In this document: positions 1 through 13,549 of the stretch, piece after piece
How the letters are laid out: each line of letters opens with the position of its first letter
How positions within the stretch are numbered: position 1 is the first letter of the stretch
Assembly: GCA_013239625.1 (NCBI GenBank)
Contig: MU054323.1
Span: forward strand, 19,923,082-19,987,081
Origin: Lama guanicoe
Lineage: Eukaryota
Length of the DNA: 64,000 nt
Direction of reading: 5' to 3'
Translations under genes and position numbers: made by a program
The notes under the pieces: generated by a model
Databases searched by the model: none
What the model was told of the DNA's origin: nothing
Seen by the model: the letters and a program-made list of their open reading frames with translations, nothing else

Positions 1-56
1 TCTCCTCTCCCAGAAAATTCTAGGCAAACTTTTGGGATAAGACTGTGGCTCCTAGC

Positions 57-191
57 GGGGAGGGGATAGCTCAAGTGGAGGAGATCCTGAGCTCAATCCC
101 CAGTACCTCCTCCAAATATAAATAAATAAATCCAGTTACCTCCGTCTCATTGAAAAAAAAAAAAAAGGAGGAAGAAACACATTTAAAAAAA
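57..191 (+). mobile_element. Camelid tRNA-derived SINE, internally deleted
   Basis: GGGGAGGGGATAGCTCAAGTGG...TCAATCCCCAGTACCTCC, A-rich tail, degenerate TSD at 39-55 / 192-208. Confidence 0.85.
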
Positions 192-272
192 AAAACTGCA
201 GCTCCAAGAATATGTTCTATGTATATCATGTGGTTTCCTTTTATCCCTAGATAGAGAAACATACCTCTGGGC

Positions 273-545
273 CAGAGGCAGCTGTGGTTCAGATTTAGTC
301 GACAGACATGTTTTATTTGGCCCTTTTGAGTGTGTTAAAAATTGGGAAATTTCACATAAAAATCTGCATCTTTGATTTCTCTTGAAAAATAGAGTGATCT
401 TTCCACTGTGGACTTGAATTCCAGATGATCTATAACCTCACTGAGTGGTGTGTCAGGTAAATAGCCTCAGTCCCTGCCTTTCACCTAGCTTGTTTCAGAT
501 GTTTACTTTATTGCCTAATCTCTCTTGTCCTATGTTTGCAGCCTT
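273..545. mobile_element. hAT-Charlie DNA transposon remnant (MER102-like)
   Basis: Motifs tgttttatttggccc...aaatttcacataaaaatc...ttctcttgaaaaat resemble the recalled MER102 consensus. Confidence 0.55.
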
Positions 546-624
546 TATCTCGCCCAGGAGATGATGGGGGTGTCTTCTTTTGTGCTCACAGCAATCTGAG
601 AAATAAGTTGTTGAACTGATGCCT

Positions 625-1370
625 GCTAACATTTTAGTGTGTATATCCTATAAACAAGGACATTCTCCTATATAACCGTACTACTACAACAAAGAGAATC
701 AGAAAATTAATATTGATGCATTACTGCTATCTGACCCTCTGACCTATTCAAGTTCCACTCATTGTTTTAGTAATGTCTTTCACAGCAAAAAGATCCAGTT
801 CAGAATCCAATGTATTTAGTTGTCATGGCTCTTTAGCCTCCTTCAGTCTAGAACAGATCCTTAGTCTTTGTCTTGGGTTTCATGGCCTTGATGCTTTGCA
901 AGATTACAGGCAAGTTGTTTTGTAGGATGTCCAAATCTGATGTTTTCTCTTAACTAGATTCAAGTTATGTATCTTTGGCACAAATGCCACAGAGGTGAAG
1001 GCTGTGTTTTGTCTCATTGCATCCTGTCAGGTGGCACACAATTTTAACTTGACCGATAATGTTTATTTTGACCATTTGATTAAGGTGGTATCTGCCAGGC
1101 CTCTCTACTGTAAAAATTACTTTTTTTAACTTTATAATTAGTAAGTATTTTGTAGGAGGTACCTTGAAACTTTGTAAATATTCTGTTCCCCGTGAGATCT
1201 CAGTGTATTAGTTTGTAGCTGTATGGACTCTGGTATCCTATTTTTTCCCAATGGATTATAATTCATTATTATTTATTTTGATGTTCAAGTTGGCCCCCGT
1301 TTTGAGTGCCCATTCATGCTGGTTTCTGCATTCTTTTGACATGTTCTTTTGACATCAGAATGAGGTGATT
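625..1370 (-). mobile_element. Old L1 3' end (L1MC4/5-like)
   Basis: aacaaggacattctcctatataacc...ggtggtatctgccaggc...taagtattttgtaggaggtaccttgaaact is typical L1MC 3'UTR in antisense. Confidence 0.7.
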
Positions 1371-1846
1371 CAGGTGAACAGTTTCCGCCCGTAATAACTT
1401 GCATATATATTTTAAGTAGGGTTCAGGTGAGATTTTGAATTAAGTCATTTTAAGCTAGTGAACACTCTTTATGGTTCTTGGAGTTTCATAACTTCATAAT
1501 ATTTTATCTTACACTTAAAAATTATGTTAAACACATGGACTAGACCATTAATGTAAATTAACGTGAAAGTAATTGCTATCAAAGGGAAGTCATTCAATAT
1601 TATGTTTGTTACTATTCTTTTTCTATATTTAAACAGTCAGCAATTACCTTAGAGCAAGGTACTGTTAGGTGGTGTGTGTGTTGGAGGGTTGGGTAAAATA
1701 AAATATATTTAAGCAGCAGAATCAACCATGGTTTCTTTCCCAGTAAAATATTGTGATCATCTTTCCTCTCAGCAAGTATACATGCATTGTATTCTATTAT
1801 TTGGACATCTGGTCTGCTTAAGCAATGTATATAGAACGTAGTTTAA

Positions 1847-1948
1847 TTTTTTTTTTTAGTTGAAGTATAGTTAGTTTATAGTGTTGTGTCAGTTTCTGGT
1901 ATACAGCATAATAGTTCAGTCAAACATACACATTCGTTTTCATATTCT
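1847..1948 (-). mobile_element. Young 5'-truncated L1 3' end
   Basis: Poly-T followed by gttgaagtatagttagtttatagtgttgtgtcagtttctggtatacagcat. Same family as the + strand copy at 19626-19757. Confidence 0.75.
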
Positions 1949-2189
1949 TAACTTATTCTTGGTGACTGATGGTGGTTAATATGAGCATTAGACATACATA
2001 GTTCTGTGCCATAAAACAGTGGTGCCTGCTATTTTTGTAGGGCTGTTTGCTCCATACACTTAATGACTCTAATAGTTATAATTGTCTTCCCTGCTGTTAT
2101 TTGTCACTTAGTGTCAGTGTGCTTTACCCGTTTCTCTCTTTTTATTTATTTTATTTAAGAAAATCTCACCCATAATATTTGAGTTATAG

Positions 2190-2810
2190 CTCTTGTAAGA
2201 TAAGGACTCTTATTATTAAACTTAAAATTTGATGGCAATTTCTTAATATCAAATATCCAGTGAGATATCCTTGTCCCATAAGTGTCATTTTACAGTGGTT
2301 TGTTTAAATCGGGGTTTAAACAAGATTCATACTTTGCATTTGATTGCTATGTCTTTTAAGTCTTTTAATCTGTGTATTTCCCCTCCCTTTTCTTTTTTCC
2401 TTTGCAATTTGTTAAAGAAACTAGACTTGTCCTGTAGAGTTTAACACAAATACTGACTGTATTCTTTGATTATTTAAAATTTGTTTCTTTGTCTTCTGTT
2501 TATCCTTTAAATTGAAACTTACAGATTTTTATTTATTTAACGTATTTCCATCTGCTACCATTACTCTTCTTTTTGAGGCTTCGATTTTCCCATCTTTGAC
2601 CTGTGGGAGCATCTTCAGTTTGCTTCCTGAGTCCTGATCCTAGTGCTCTCTGCTTACTTTCTGATGTGACAAGATGTTCAAATATTTCTTTTACACTTCC
2701 CATTTCAGTTTTGCAATCAGCTATTTCTCTAAGAAGTCGTGATACCTTTTGGCTCGAAATAGTACTATAGGCTCGTTGTTACTAGATTGGTTATTGTTTC
2801 TAGTATAGCC
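2190..2810 (-). mobile_element. Old L1 3' end fragment (L1MC-like)
   Basis: Degenerate similarity to the 625-1370 element (aaggactctt..., ttgcatttgattgctatgtcttttaagtctt). Confidence 0.55.
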
Positions 2811-5800
2811 TTTCTTTTGATTTCCAATTTTAAAAGCCTCTTTGGGCTAGGAAACCAGATAACAAAGCTGGCTTGACTTATATAAGGATTGTTTTGAACC
2901 TCAAAAAAGGTCAAGGCCTATACCTATTTAAGTTGTATAGTGGACAGACTCATACCCAGTAAATAATGCTAATGTTGGTGATACGTGAATAACATAATAC
3001 CAGATGCCCCTCAAAGTAAAGTAATAGATTTGTGAATGAGACCCTTAATAAAATACTTGAGCTTTTAGTTCACAAACTTGATGCTATGTGTATGTTTTAA
3101 ATTATAGGCCATGTATTTTCTTTTGTTAAGAGTATCTTTTGTTTTTTTGTCTTTCAGGATAAACCTCTGGATCAGTGAGGTGTTAGTATATCAGAGAGTC
3201 AAACTATGCTGTATTATATTTGTCATAGTCCATAATAAGAATGCCACCTCTTTTTTCTTTAAACATTTTTTTCCAAAGAATGTATTTTCTCTGACTTTCC
3301 AAAGTTGATGACTTCCTAAAGTTGAGATGACTTCCTGTTTTAAAACAAAACTATTTAGTTTTGATATCTGACGTTTTTCCTTAAACCATTTTTCACTCTT
3401 GCACGTTGGTCTTGAACAACTGCTTATGCTGATCTTTAAGTGACATGTCAGAGCAAATGACAAAATTTGTTTGAGTTTTTCTCTGAGCCATTTGTTCCAG
3501 ATAAGTGTCTGACTGACTTCTGTTGCTGAGTGAGTAGGAGGGCTTTTTTTTTTTTCAAACTTTGAAGGATATCCTGTTTTCAGTTTAGTTGGGGCATAGC
3601 TTTTGCCTCTTGGCATTCATCTTATTTCTTTATTCCTCTCCAATTATAGTTAATGTGGATATGTTTTTGGCACAAACAACACTCTCTCGATTTTTAGGAT
3701 CTATTATTGTGGATCATTTGAGAGAGGGTATTATGGAACAGAGTTTAGAATAAAGAGAATTGACTAGGGAATTAATCACTATTTGACTTATTTTCTTGAA
3801 ATTTTTATTTGTGAATGCTTGTGACTGATATTTAATAATTATATGCACACTGAAACTTGCATACTGTGAAACTCCGTATCTTGATTCATTAGTGAATGCT
3901 GCAAATGGGGCTAAGGTTATTGGTTTGAGTCTCATATAGGCCACTTATTTTTTTTATGTTTCCTGGTCATGAACACATTCATTGGGTAAATAAGTTTTGA
4001 TTCGCTTCTTTGTGTCACACTCTGCTAAATGCAGTGGGAAATTGGTGAATGAGACACTCGAAATCCCTGCTCTCATGAAGCTTATAATTCTGTGTGGGAT
4101 TCAGGCAGTATTTATTCAGGAAATATTTATTGAATGCTTGGTATGTGCTCAGCACTCTTCCAGCTATAAACAAAGTCCTTATGGAGCTTATGATGTTGGC
4201 TTTTAAAATCCAGAGTAATGAGTTGTGATGGTAAAGTATAGGAAGCTTTGGAAACAAAGGAGAGCTGTCTTAAACCTCCACCATCCAGTCTTTTATGTTT
4301 GTTTGTTTGTTTGTTTTTTCAAATGCACGTCTTTGTTTAGAGTATAAGCAGAAAAATAGAGGTCAGGTCACCCACCATAGCTCTCCCAGATCTTGAAATA
4401 GGCTTAAAGGAAAGACATGTACATTATTTTAAAAAGTCCCATACACCTGGTTAAATGATAAACTACCAACAGAGCTCACTTTGGTTGCACTTTTCAACCT
4501 ATACAGGGACCATTGTCAGTTGTGCCCTCCTGCTGTCATCCTAATTTAAGTCAATGAATTCAATAACTTCTGTCTTCTCTCTGTTACCTGATATAAGTGA
4601 TACTTTTCTAAGATATTTGCTTTTTCTATGTGTTTGTTAGAATTTGAGTCCTGTGGTTAAGTCTGTGATTTTTGATATTCTTGCTTTTAGGAAATAATTG
4701 TTGATGCAGTAGTTTATGGACTACATTTCAAGAAATTAGGTTCACGTTGATAACTTTTTGAAAGGGGGTAGCAAGGCAAAGGCACTAACATTTGGTTAGC
4801 TGTGATCTCAGAAACTATGTCAGACGCTTTACATAAATTAGTAATCTAAATGACAAAAACATTAATTTCAGCTAAAAAATACTCTTAAGGGTAACTTTTA
4901 AGCAGATTGAATAAAACTTACAACCCTTCGTATGAGAATGATGATTATATATCTGTGACTGAAATGAACTATTGCTCCCAGAATGAAAATCTAATAATTC
5001 AGCAGATACTTATTCAGCAAGTGCTGCACAACAGGAATTGTTTCCATACTGGGAATATATCAGTGAACAAAAGAAACAAAAATCCCTGCTCTACTGAAGC
5101 TTACAATGAGGCGAGATAGACAATAAACAGTTTTCATTAAACTGTTCACTCTTACGATGTCAGTGACTCCTGTATAAACATCAATGTCTGCATCGTTAAT
5201 TATAAACATGCATCCTTTTTTCATAGAATGGATGGTGATACAGCCTTGTGAATGTCAGTTGTGTCAGATAAACTTAGAGAAAAGTAATCTTTGGGATGCA
5301 AAAACAGATAGGTAAAACATTGACAACTGTGCTAAGGCTACTTTGTTGTACATCTTAGTCACTGTATCTTACATAATAGGGTTTTGGAATAGTATATATC
5401 CTTCTTAGATGTCCATTCTCAGATTCTTAATTTGTCTTTCTGTTTCATATTTAAGGTTTTATTGTTTACTATAGTAGTTTTATATGTTTGGATATGTATT
5501 CCCTTCAGTTTTACTATTTTCTTGTGGAAGAATTTGATTGTATTTCTATAACATCTTTCCCCCTCTCCCTGCCCCAGATTGATAACTGGAGATCACTGTT
5601 TACCAACCTGGATTCAGGACCCCTATTGAGTTACTAAGGAGAATTCCCAGGACGCTGTGGAGCCCCAGACAGCTGTTCGTGGGTGGTAGTGCTGGCAGAG
5701 GCAAACAGTGGGTTGTATGACCAGGATGAGATCGCTTCTTTTACCTTCTGGCTCTCTCTCTTTCCGGACTTTAATACCTGCTTCGGTACTTAAAGCAGTT

Positions 5801-6699
5801 TGAGATCTTGCTGTCTCTGAGCAGTTGTTTAGCAGCAGCACCTATAAGATGGCGTTGATGGTTTGGATGGGACTCACGGGGGTGTGACTATTGCACAGCA
5901 GCAATAAAGATGCTGTTTCAATAGTTTGAAAACCATTGATGTAGTTTTAAATGTTCTGACCCACTTTAGGCAGTTGTTTTCATGTCTAGAAATTAATGTC
6001 ATAGCATTTGATCTTTTCCACACTCATTTTACCTGCATACGGCGACCGGGTTATTCTTTCAATACATTTGTATTGTCACTCCTCAGCTTAAAAACTGATT
6101 TTCAGTTTCTGTGAGATAAACTCTTCGCTTGGTATCCAAGATTCCCTGCCGCCTGGCTCCAGTTTACCTTTCCAGCCTCATGCCATTTTGGGAATCTCAT
6201 ATGGAGCCTCTTAGTGTCCCTTTTCTTGTCTCATTTCTTGCTATCTTGTTTCTTCTTGTGCCATAATTATACTATATATTACATATATAGGATACTGACA
6301 GACTTGCCAGGTACCCTAGGGAAAATTAGGGAATTTGAAAACCAACAGGTAAGATAAAGATACATTCCTACGAGTTGTATGAAAAAGTGTCTTTAGTGCA
6401 CGGTTTTAAGAATTGTTTTCTTTCCCTGCCTGTTAATCTATTTCTACCTTTCATCACTGATACTTTGTGTAACCCAGATGAGCCAATCTGCTGTTTTCCC
6501 AGACTTCACTGGACTTCTTTAAAATTGAGTGTATTCTATCCCTTTGGGAATTTGGCATTTCTGTTATTAAGTAAAATGCATTATTGATAACAAATTCTCA
6601 CAATAATTTGTTTTAAAACATCACCAAACACCTCTTTATCGTATCTTGATTTTGGTGAAGAAGAGCGGCACTACAGAGTAGTTTAGAGATTTCAAATTT

Positions 6700-8600
6700 T
6701 TTAAATTGGCTTTACTGAGCTATGCTTTACCTGTGGTAAAATATGCCAATTTATGTGAAGAATGGATCTTGAAAAATTTATATAGTTGTGTATCCACTAC
6801 CACAGTTAAGATACAGAAATTTCTGTTACCTTGAAATGTTCCCTTGAACTTCCTTGCACTCAGTCCCTTCCCTGTACGCCCAGTTACTGGCAACCACTGT
6901 CTGCTTTCTATCCCTATATTTTGTCTTTTCTGGGATTTCATGCCATTAGAATCTTACAGTCTGTGGTCTTTTGTGCTTTTCACTTGGTTTAACGCTTGAG
7001 ATTCATCCATGTTGTGTGTTTCAGTAATTTGTCCCTTTGTATAACATTTTATTGTGTGCATATTACCACAAGTAGTTTATCCATTCACCAGATGATGGAC
7101 ATTTCAGTTACTACCAATTTTTGGATATTATGAATACAGCTGCTGTGAACATTGGAATACATGTCTCCCACAGCCTTGCAACCACTAATCTACTTTCTAA
7201 CTCTGGATTTACCTATCTGGTGCTTGTTTTTTAAAAAGTGGATTGTTTGTTTTATTACTGGTAAGTTTTGAGAGTTCTTTGTATACTATGGATATAAGTC
7301 CTTTGTCAGTTATGTGTTTTGCAAATATTTTCTTCCGATTTACAACTTAACTTTTCATTTACTTAACAGTGTATTTCGAAAAGTGCAAGTTTTTTATTTT
7401 GATGAAACTCACTTTGTCAGTTTATTAGCATGAAGTTCAATTTATTTTTTCTCTTATAGTACATTTTTGTCCCATTTAAGAATTTTTTTGCCTAACCCAA
7501 GTTCACAAAGATTCTAAAAGAAAACTCTTCTCTACTCACTACACTTCTGTCACCAAATGTGTGGGTTTTCCACATCAGGTAATTATGACACTAATGACCT
7601 GGTGTTAGAGCAGATCCTACTGTCTGAGGGTTTTGTCCCTCAAGACTGCCTCCCCACTTCAGATGCCAATTGTGAGTTTAGACCTCATGTGCTTCTGACT
7701 AACCATTTATAAATGGGGGGTTCCCTTGCCCCTTCCTTGGGTTTGATAATTTGCTAGAACAGCTCACAGAACTCAGGAAAACACTTTGCTTACTATTACT
7801 GGCTTACTATAAAGGATACAGCTCAGAAATACTCAAATGGAAGAGATGCATTGGACAAGGTACTTAGGAAGGGGTGTGGAGCTTCCATGATCTCTCTGGC
7901 CATGTTCTCTTCCCAGCATCTTGATGTGTTTATCAACTTGGAAGCTCTCTGAGCCCCATCATTTAGGGTTCTTATGGAGGCTCATTATATAGGCATAATT
8001 GATCAAATTATTGACTGATGGTGATTGAGCTCAGTCTCCAGTTTTCCGCCTCCCCAGAGGTCAAGGGATGGGGCTGAAAGTTCTGACCTTCCAATCATGT
8101 GGTTGATTCTTTGGCAACCAGCCACCTTCCTCCAAAAGTCACCTCATTAGCATAGACTCAGGTATTATTAAAAGGAATGCTTCTCACCCCTGTTACTCAG
8201 AAAATTGCAAGAGTTTTAGGAATTTTTTTGCCAGGAAGTGGGGGCAGAAACCAAACATATATATCTTATTATGTCAGTTTCTCTCCTATTATTCTAGAAG
8301 TTTGTATTTTTGCTTTTATTTTTAAGTCTGTGATCCTTTTAGAGTTAATTTTTACATTTGGTAAGAATCAAGTTTCCTTTATTTGCACATTTATACCCCT
8401 TTGTTCCAGCAACATTTGTTGAAAAGATTAGTCCTTTTCTGTTGAATTGCCTTGGCACCTTTGTTGAAAATCAATAGACCAAATATGTGTCAGTCTATTT
8501 CTGGACTCTGTATTCTGTTCCATAAATTGCTATGTTTATCATTAAGCAAATAACACACTGTCTTGATTACTATAGCTGTATAGTAAAGACTTCAGTTAAA
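6700..8600 (-). mobile_element. L1M fragments interrupted by a MER21 LTR
   Basis: L1 3'UTR/ORF2 antisense motifs (gagattcatccatgttg; tttgttgaaaagatta; cacactgtcttgattactatagc). The L1 breaks at about 7515 and resumes at about 8277. Confidence 0.85.
7516..8276 (-). mobile_element. MER21-like ERV solo LTR
   Basis: Reverse complement starts tgacataataagatatatatgtttggtttctgcccccacttcctggc. It also contains gtgttttcctgagttctgtgagctgttctagcaaatt and ggcatctgaagtgggg, matching the recalled MER21 consensus. Confidence 0.8.
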
Positions 8601-9835
8601 TTTTTTTGTATTTTAAAAATAATTTAGAGGAGGTAAATTTAACTTTAAAACTTTGTAGACTGACAGAAAATGATGTATTTCAATGATTGTTGTTAACATT
8701 TTATATTCATATTTTTGAGTTTACTTTTTAAAATTACTTTCAGGAACATGCCCTCCCTTGATTCAGTAACAATTTTAGGAGTTAGAGCAGCATTAATATC
8801 CATATTCTATCATTGAGGAAGCTTTAATATTTAAGACGGCTAGTTTGAGATCATACATTTAGTGTGATGAAGTAAGAACTAAAGCCCAAATACTACACCT
8901 TCAGAAATCCAGTATGCTTTCCACGATACAACACTACTTTCATTTGCTACTATTTTTTATGTTGAATATTGGAGAATGAGTGTTTTATGGAAAATTCAGC
9001 CACCAAATTTTATTTAGTCAAAATATAGAGCTATAAGAGAACAGTTAATCCATTTTCTTGGTCACCAACATCACAAGACACATTAAGAAGTCAAAATTGG
9101 GCTTCATTTTTTTTTTCCAGTGGTGTGTTTTACAACCAGAATAGGTATTTATAGTTTGATTTTAAATTTAGAAATGCAGGAAAGAAGCAGCAAGATTTGT
9201 TAAATGAAAGCTGAAAGATTTCTTTTAAAAGAACTGTTTTAAGACTTGAGAATATCCTTGCCAAAATGAGAACAAGAACAATAAAACTTAAATTTTGGAC
9301 TGAGTGTATGTTAGTTTTCTATAGTATCCTCTTCTGTTGCCAAAGCTTACTACCTTAAGTCCCTTTCCCCTCAAATTCTCACCAGCTCAGATCATAGTTA
9401 GGAGGTTCTTGCAGGAGTACTAGTAAAAGATGACAGCTGGGGTTTGAGTAGTAGAGGTGAAAGAAGTGGTAGCATTTGGAATATATTTTGGAGAGCCTGT
9501 TGATGTGCCGATGGATGGATGTAAGGGATGAAGAAAGGGAATGAATCATGATCCCGTGATTATCCAGGCCTAGTTTTTTAGCCTGATCGACTTGGTGGTG
9601 CTCTTTACTTGGTATGGGAAAGACTTAGATGAATTGGAAGAGCTACACAGTGGAGGAACGGAAATCAGAAGCTATTAAAGACTCTTAAAATTTTTTTCTT
9701 TAACAAAGTTTTGTTTTTGTAGAAAGTAATATTACATCTCAGACTGGGAAAATAGAGACAAGATGAAATGACTTATAATCTTATCTCCCTAACAATCATC
9801 TTAAGTGTTTTGGTGTGTGTAATTACAGTCTTGTA

Positions 9836-10109
9836 TAGGGGTTGGCACACTTTCTCTAATGGCAGCTACTCAACTTTGTTGTAGCATGAAAGCAGCCATG
9901 GACAATATGTAATAAATGGGTGTGCTTGTATTCCAATAAAACTTTATTTATGGACATTGAAACATAGATTTCATTGAATTTTGCAAAATATTCCTGTGTT
10001 GATTTTTCCCAAACAATTAAAAATGTAAAAATTATTTTTAGCTCACAGACTATAGAAAATCCGTTGGCAGACCAGATTTGGCTGTCCAGCTGTAGTTTGC
10101 TGACCCCTT
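9836..10109. mobile_element. MER58B-like hAT-Charlie MITE
   Basis: Termini aggggttggcacact and agtttgctgacccct form TIRs. Internal ccaataaaactttatttatggaca. Confidence 0.8.
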
Positions 10110-13100
10110 GTCTTATGCATTTGTTTTGCGATTGCAGTAATATCTTACATAGAGTTTCATTACCTATGTTTTCTATTTAATATATGTATAAATGTGTCCA
10201 ATTTCAGTTTTATTGAAAACCAAAATGATTACATTTGCTAAATAATCTGAATAAGCCCTAATAAACAGAGTTTATGAAGTGCCTTTATGTTATTTCTTTT
10301 AATCCTTACAGTAACTGTGGGAAATACTTACTGGACTTCACATAAAATAAAATACAGGTTACTTACATAATTGAGGGCAAGGATGTACATTATCATTGGA
10401 ATTCTCTGCCTTTTACCTCTACTTCTCTATACATTTTGGTTTTGTTCTTTGAAATAAGCTTTCAGCAGCAGCAAGGGTCATCCCCGTAGCTCTGGAACTG
10501 CATCCTCAGAGCTTCCTTCCCTTAGCACTAGTTTGAAAAATCCAAGGACAGGACTTTTGTCCTGCTTACCACAAATTTTTTATCTTACTACTGATCGTTG
10601 TGTGTAGGAGGAGTCCTGAAGGAAGGTAACAGTTCTCATTTGGAACCGGTATTTAGAATCATAGGAGAAGGGTTGAGTAGTTTCTCAAATGAAGGGAAAG
10701 GGTAGCACACATGGCCACCTGGGGGAATTATGAATTGGACAGCCATGCCAAATTGTGTCTATTTACAATCATTGTTTATTTATTGATTTAATTGTATGTT
10801 CTTTTCATTTGCCTGTTTGTATCACAGTTCTCTTTCCTTCACTCTAGTTTTCATTGCCACTTAACTGTTTATGTTTTATCACTACCTCAAAGTGAATTTG
10901 AAAAAAATATCTAGTTTTGAATGTCTCTTTCCAATTTCCTGACCACTTCAATCTCTCAAATACTAATAAGCTGTTTTATGGCAAAGATCATGGTCCTCTC
11001 ATCACTTTTATAACAGCGTGAAGGGTTGGATGAGAAATGAGTGAGGATCGTTTGGAAACTTCAAGCTTTAAATTATGAGTATATTTTGCTAGAATAATTG
11101 GTTTCCACTAGAATTCAAAAGCCCAGAAGGCAGTTGCTGTTGTTTCAGAGTTCTGAGAATAATTGATTCCACTATCATCATTTTCAGTTTTCTCCAGTCC
11201 TTACCAGGAGACCCTGAGATTCTTGGTACATCTGTACAAAGCAGTCAGGGTTTTGCTAATCTAAAGGAGTGATAAGTGAAACCCAACAGTAGTGAAATTG
11301 CTTTGCAGGCTCTGAGATGGTGGAGAGCATGGCTGGGAGGCTATAGAAATTGACATGTCTGGCTGGTTGGAGCCATTAGCTGCACATTGGTCTTTAGCTA
11401 CATCATAACATACCTCATAGTAAATACTATATAATGTGCAGACAGTTTATTGTACTGAAGGAAAAATTAATAAAAGGTGGTTTGAGGATGAAGAATTAAA
11501 AGAGGAAGAGCATTTAGAATTACGTCTGTTGTGTAATTGTTTAGAGTGACAGTGGAAACATTTCCTAGTGAAGAAATCACTGTTGAAATTTTATTTCTTA
11601 GAGCCAAACCCAATCTAATGTTATAATGAGGTCTAAAAGGATTTAAATTCTTTTAAGTTTTGGCCTATTTTCATTTCACATTTCTCAAATATTTTTATAT
11701 GCTTTGCTTTAGTTTTTTCATTTTTGTTATTTGTTAAGAGTTATATGCATACTTATCTTCAAATGTGTTGATCTTACTTTATTGTCAGATGGTTGTAAGA
11801 TTTCCTTTTTACCATTTTTAGGGCAATTCATATTTTGCTTATTTTAAATAATTTTTGTAATGTATTTTTATAGCGTATGTATAAAAATACATTAAAAAGA
11901 TGGTTATCATAAACTTTCCATTTCTAATGTTAATGGTGTATTTAAAACTGGAATATCCTACAATATCTGGTGAAGAAAATTAAGTCCTTTTAAATAAGAT
12001 TAGACAAAACATATTTTTTTATATATCAATTATTTATTTTCATTTCACAATTTTTCCTACTGGATTATGTATATTTTAATGTGGATTTGTTATACGTACA
12101 CATTCTGAATATAGGTACTTTGTCAGCTATATGTGCTGTTACTGTTTCTCTCCACATATAGCTTGCATATTTTCTTAATGGTGTCTTTTGATAAGTAGGA
12201 AGTTTTAAATTTTTGGTGAAGTTTCTGATTCATCATTGCTTCTCTTTGGCTAGTGCTTTTACTTTAGGTCTATGATTAGTTATGCTTCAAATTAATTTGT
12301 GTATCTGGTATGAGATAAGGGATAAAGGTCATTTTTTCCTTATGAACAATAACAAACAGCACTCATTGTTTGTTAAAGACCTTGGTTTACTTTTCTATTA
12401 GTTTGAATGTGACATTATATAATAATTCTCCAAGTAGTTACATGGTTAGCTAGCTCATTGCTTATAGAAACTGTGCTTCTGAGGTCAGTATTACAGGTTC
12501 ATTCCTTCAGGTTCCAGTTAACTTGGCCATAGATATATTCCTATCCTGCGTTAGCCATTTGATGGATTTGTATTGTTCTGAAGAAAGAGGGTATAGGCTA
12601 ACTGCATTGTGCTGCTGGATAAAACATTAGAGCTTATGCCCTACATGATATTTCACTAATTAAATTTTGTGTGAAAGACAGTATATTACATTTTTAAGGA
12701 TACAGTATTCATAGTAATATAGTGCCTAATGTGACATGCTCAGTTTTTATGCCTTACTAAAATAAGCAGAAATGCATTAGGAAATAATTTTCCAGAGCAG
12801 AGACATGACACTGTAAAGTCCATTTGTTGTTAGGTTTCGTAGCTAAATGATGATAATTATAAAAACTTAAGATGGGAATATTTTAAATGTATTTCTGCAT
12901 ATGCTTGTGTCAATATATAGACATATTATATAGCCCCATCACTGGCTTACATTTCTAAGATATCAGCATTAAGCATGAGTTATCTTCTAAGAGACTGAAT
13001 TTGAATTATATTATTCTGGTAGGATTTGTGCCAGCCTTTGGTTAATCATTATCTTGTTGATTATGTTTGGTTCAAGATGACTCATTTTTCAGGGAGCTTT

Positions 13101-13549
13101 ATTGCAACATTACGTATTTACTACAGGAAGCCTGGACGGAAGTGTAACATCAGGTCATTGGAGATTTTTTTCTCCAATCTTTATTGTACCAAGTGTTATT
13201 AAAGTTAATTAGTTTTCAATAACTGAATTCTCTGTAGAACCTAGTATTTCATTAACCAAATGTTACTGGGTCTGTTCTTCCTTTTTCATGGCAGACAGAT
13301 GTATCTTTGATGATTATTTAAATATTGGTCATACTTCATGTCATACTTTGACTACATTTAAATGGAATATTTTATTTTCATTAAGTTGAGTAGTATAATT
13401 GTCTAAAAATTTTGAAATCATAGATTTGAGTTGATAAAGTTGTGAATATATTTGTATGCTGAGGGCATATGACCAGGAGATAGGTCAGATGTGAGGGGGA
13501 GCACATGTCTGATGCAGTTGTGATGGACCTAAGTTCTCTGCAGATAGTA

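Noticed and set aside
3191..3616. Longest ORF in the track (141 aa, minus strand)
   Set aside because: No recognisable domain. Its Lys richness comes from T-runs on the + strand, and the length is compatible with chance.
5755..5770. CTCTTTCCG resembling a 5'TOP start of a processed ribosomal-protein pseudogene
   Set aside because: No recognisable coding sequence, poly-A tail or TSD follows.
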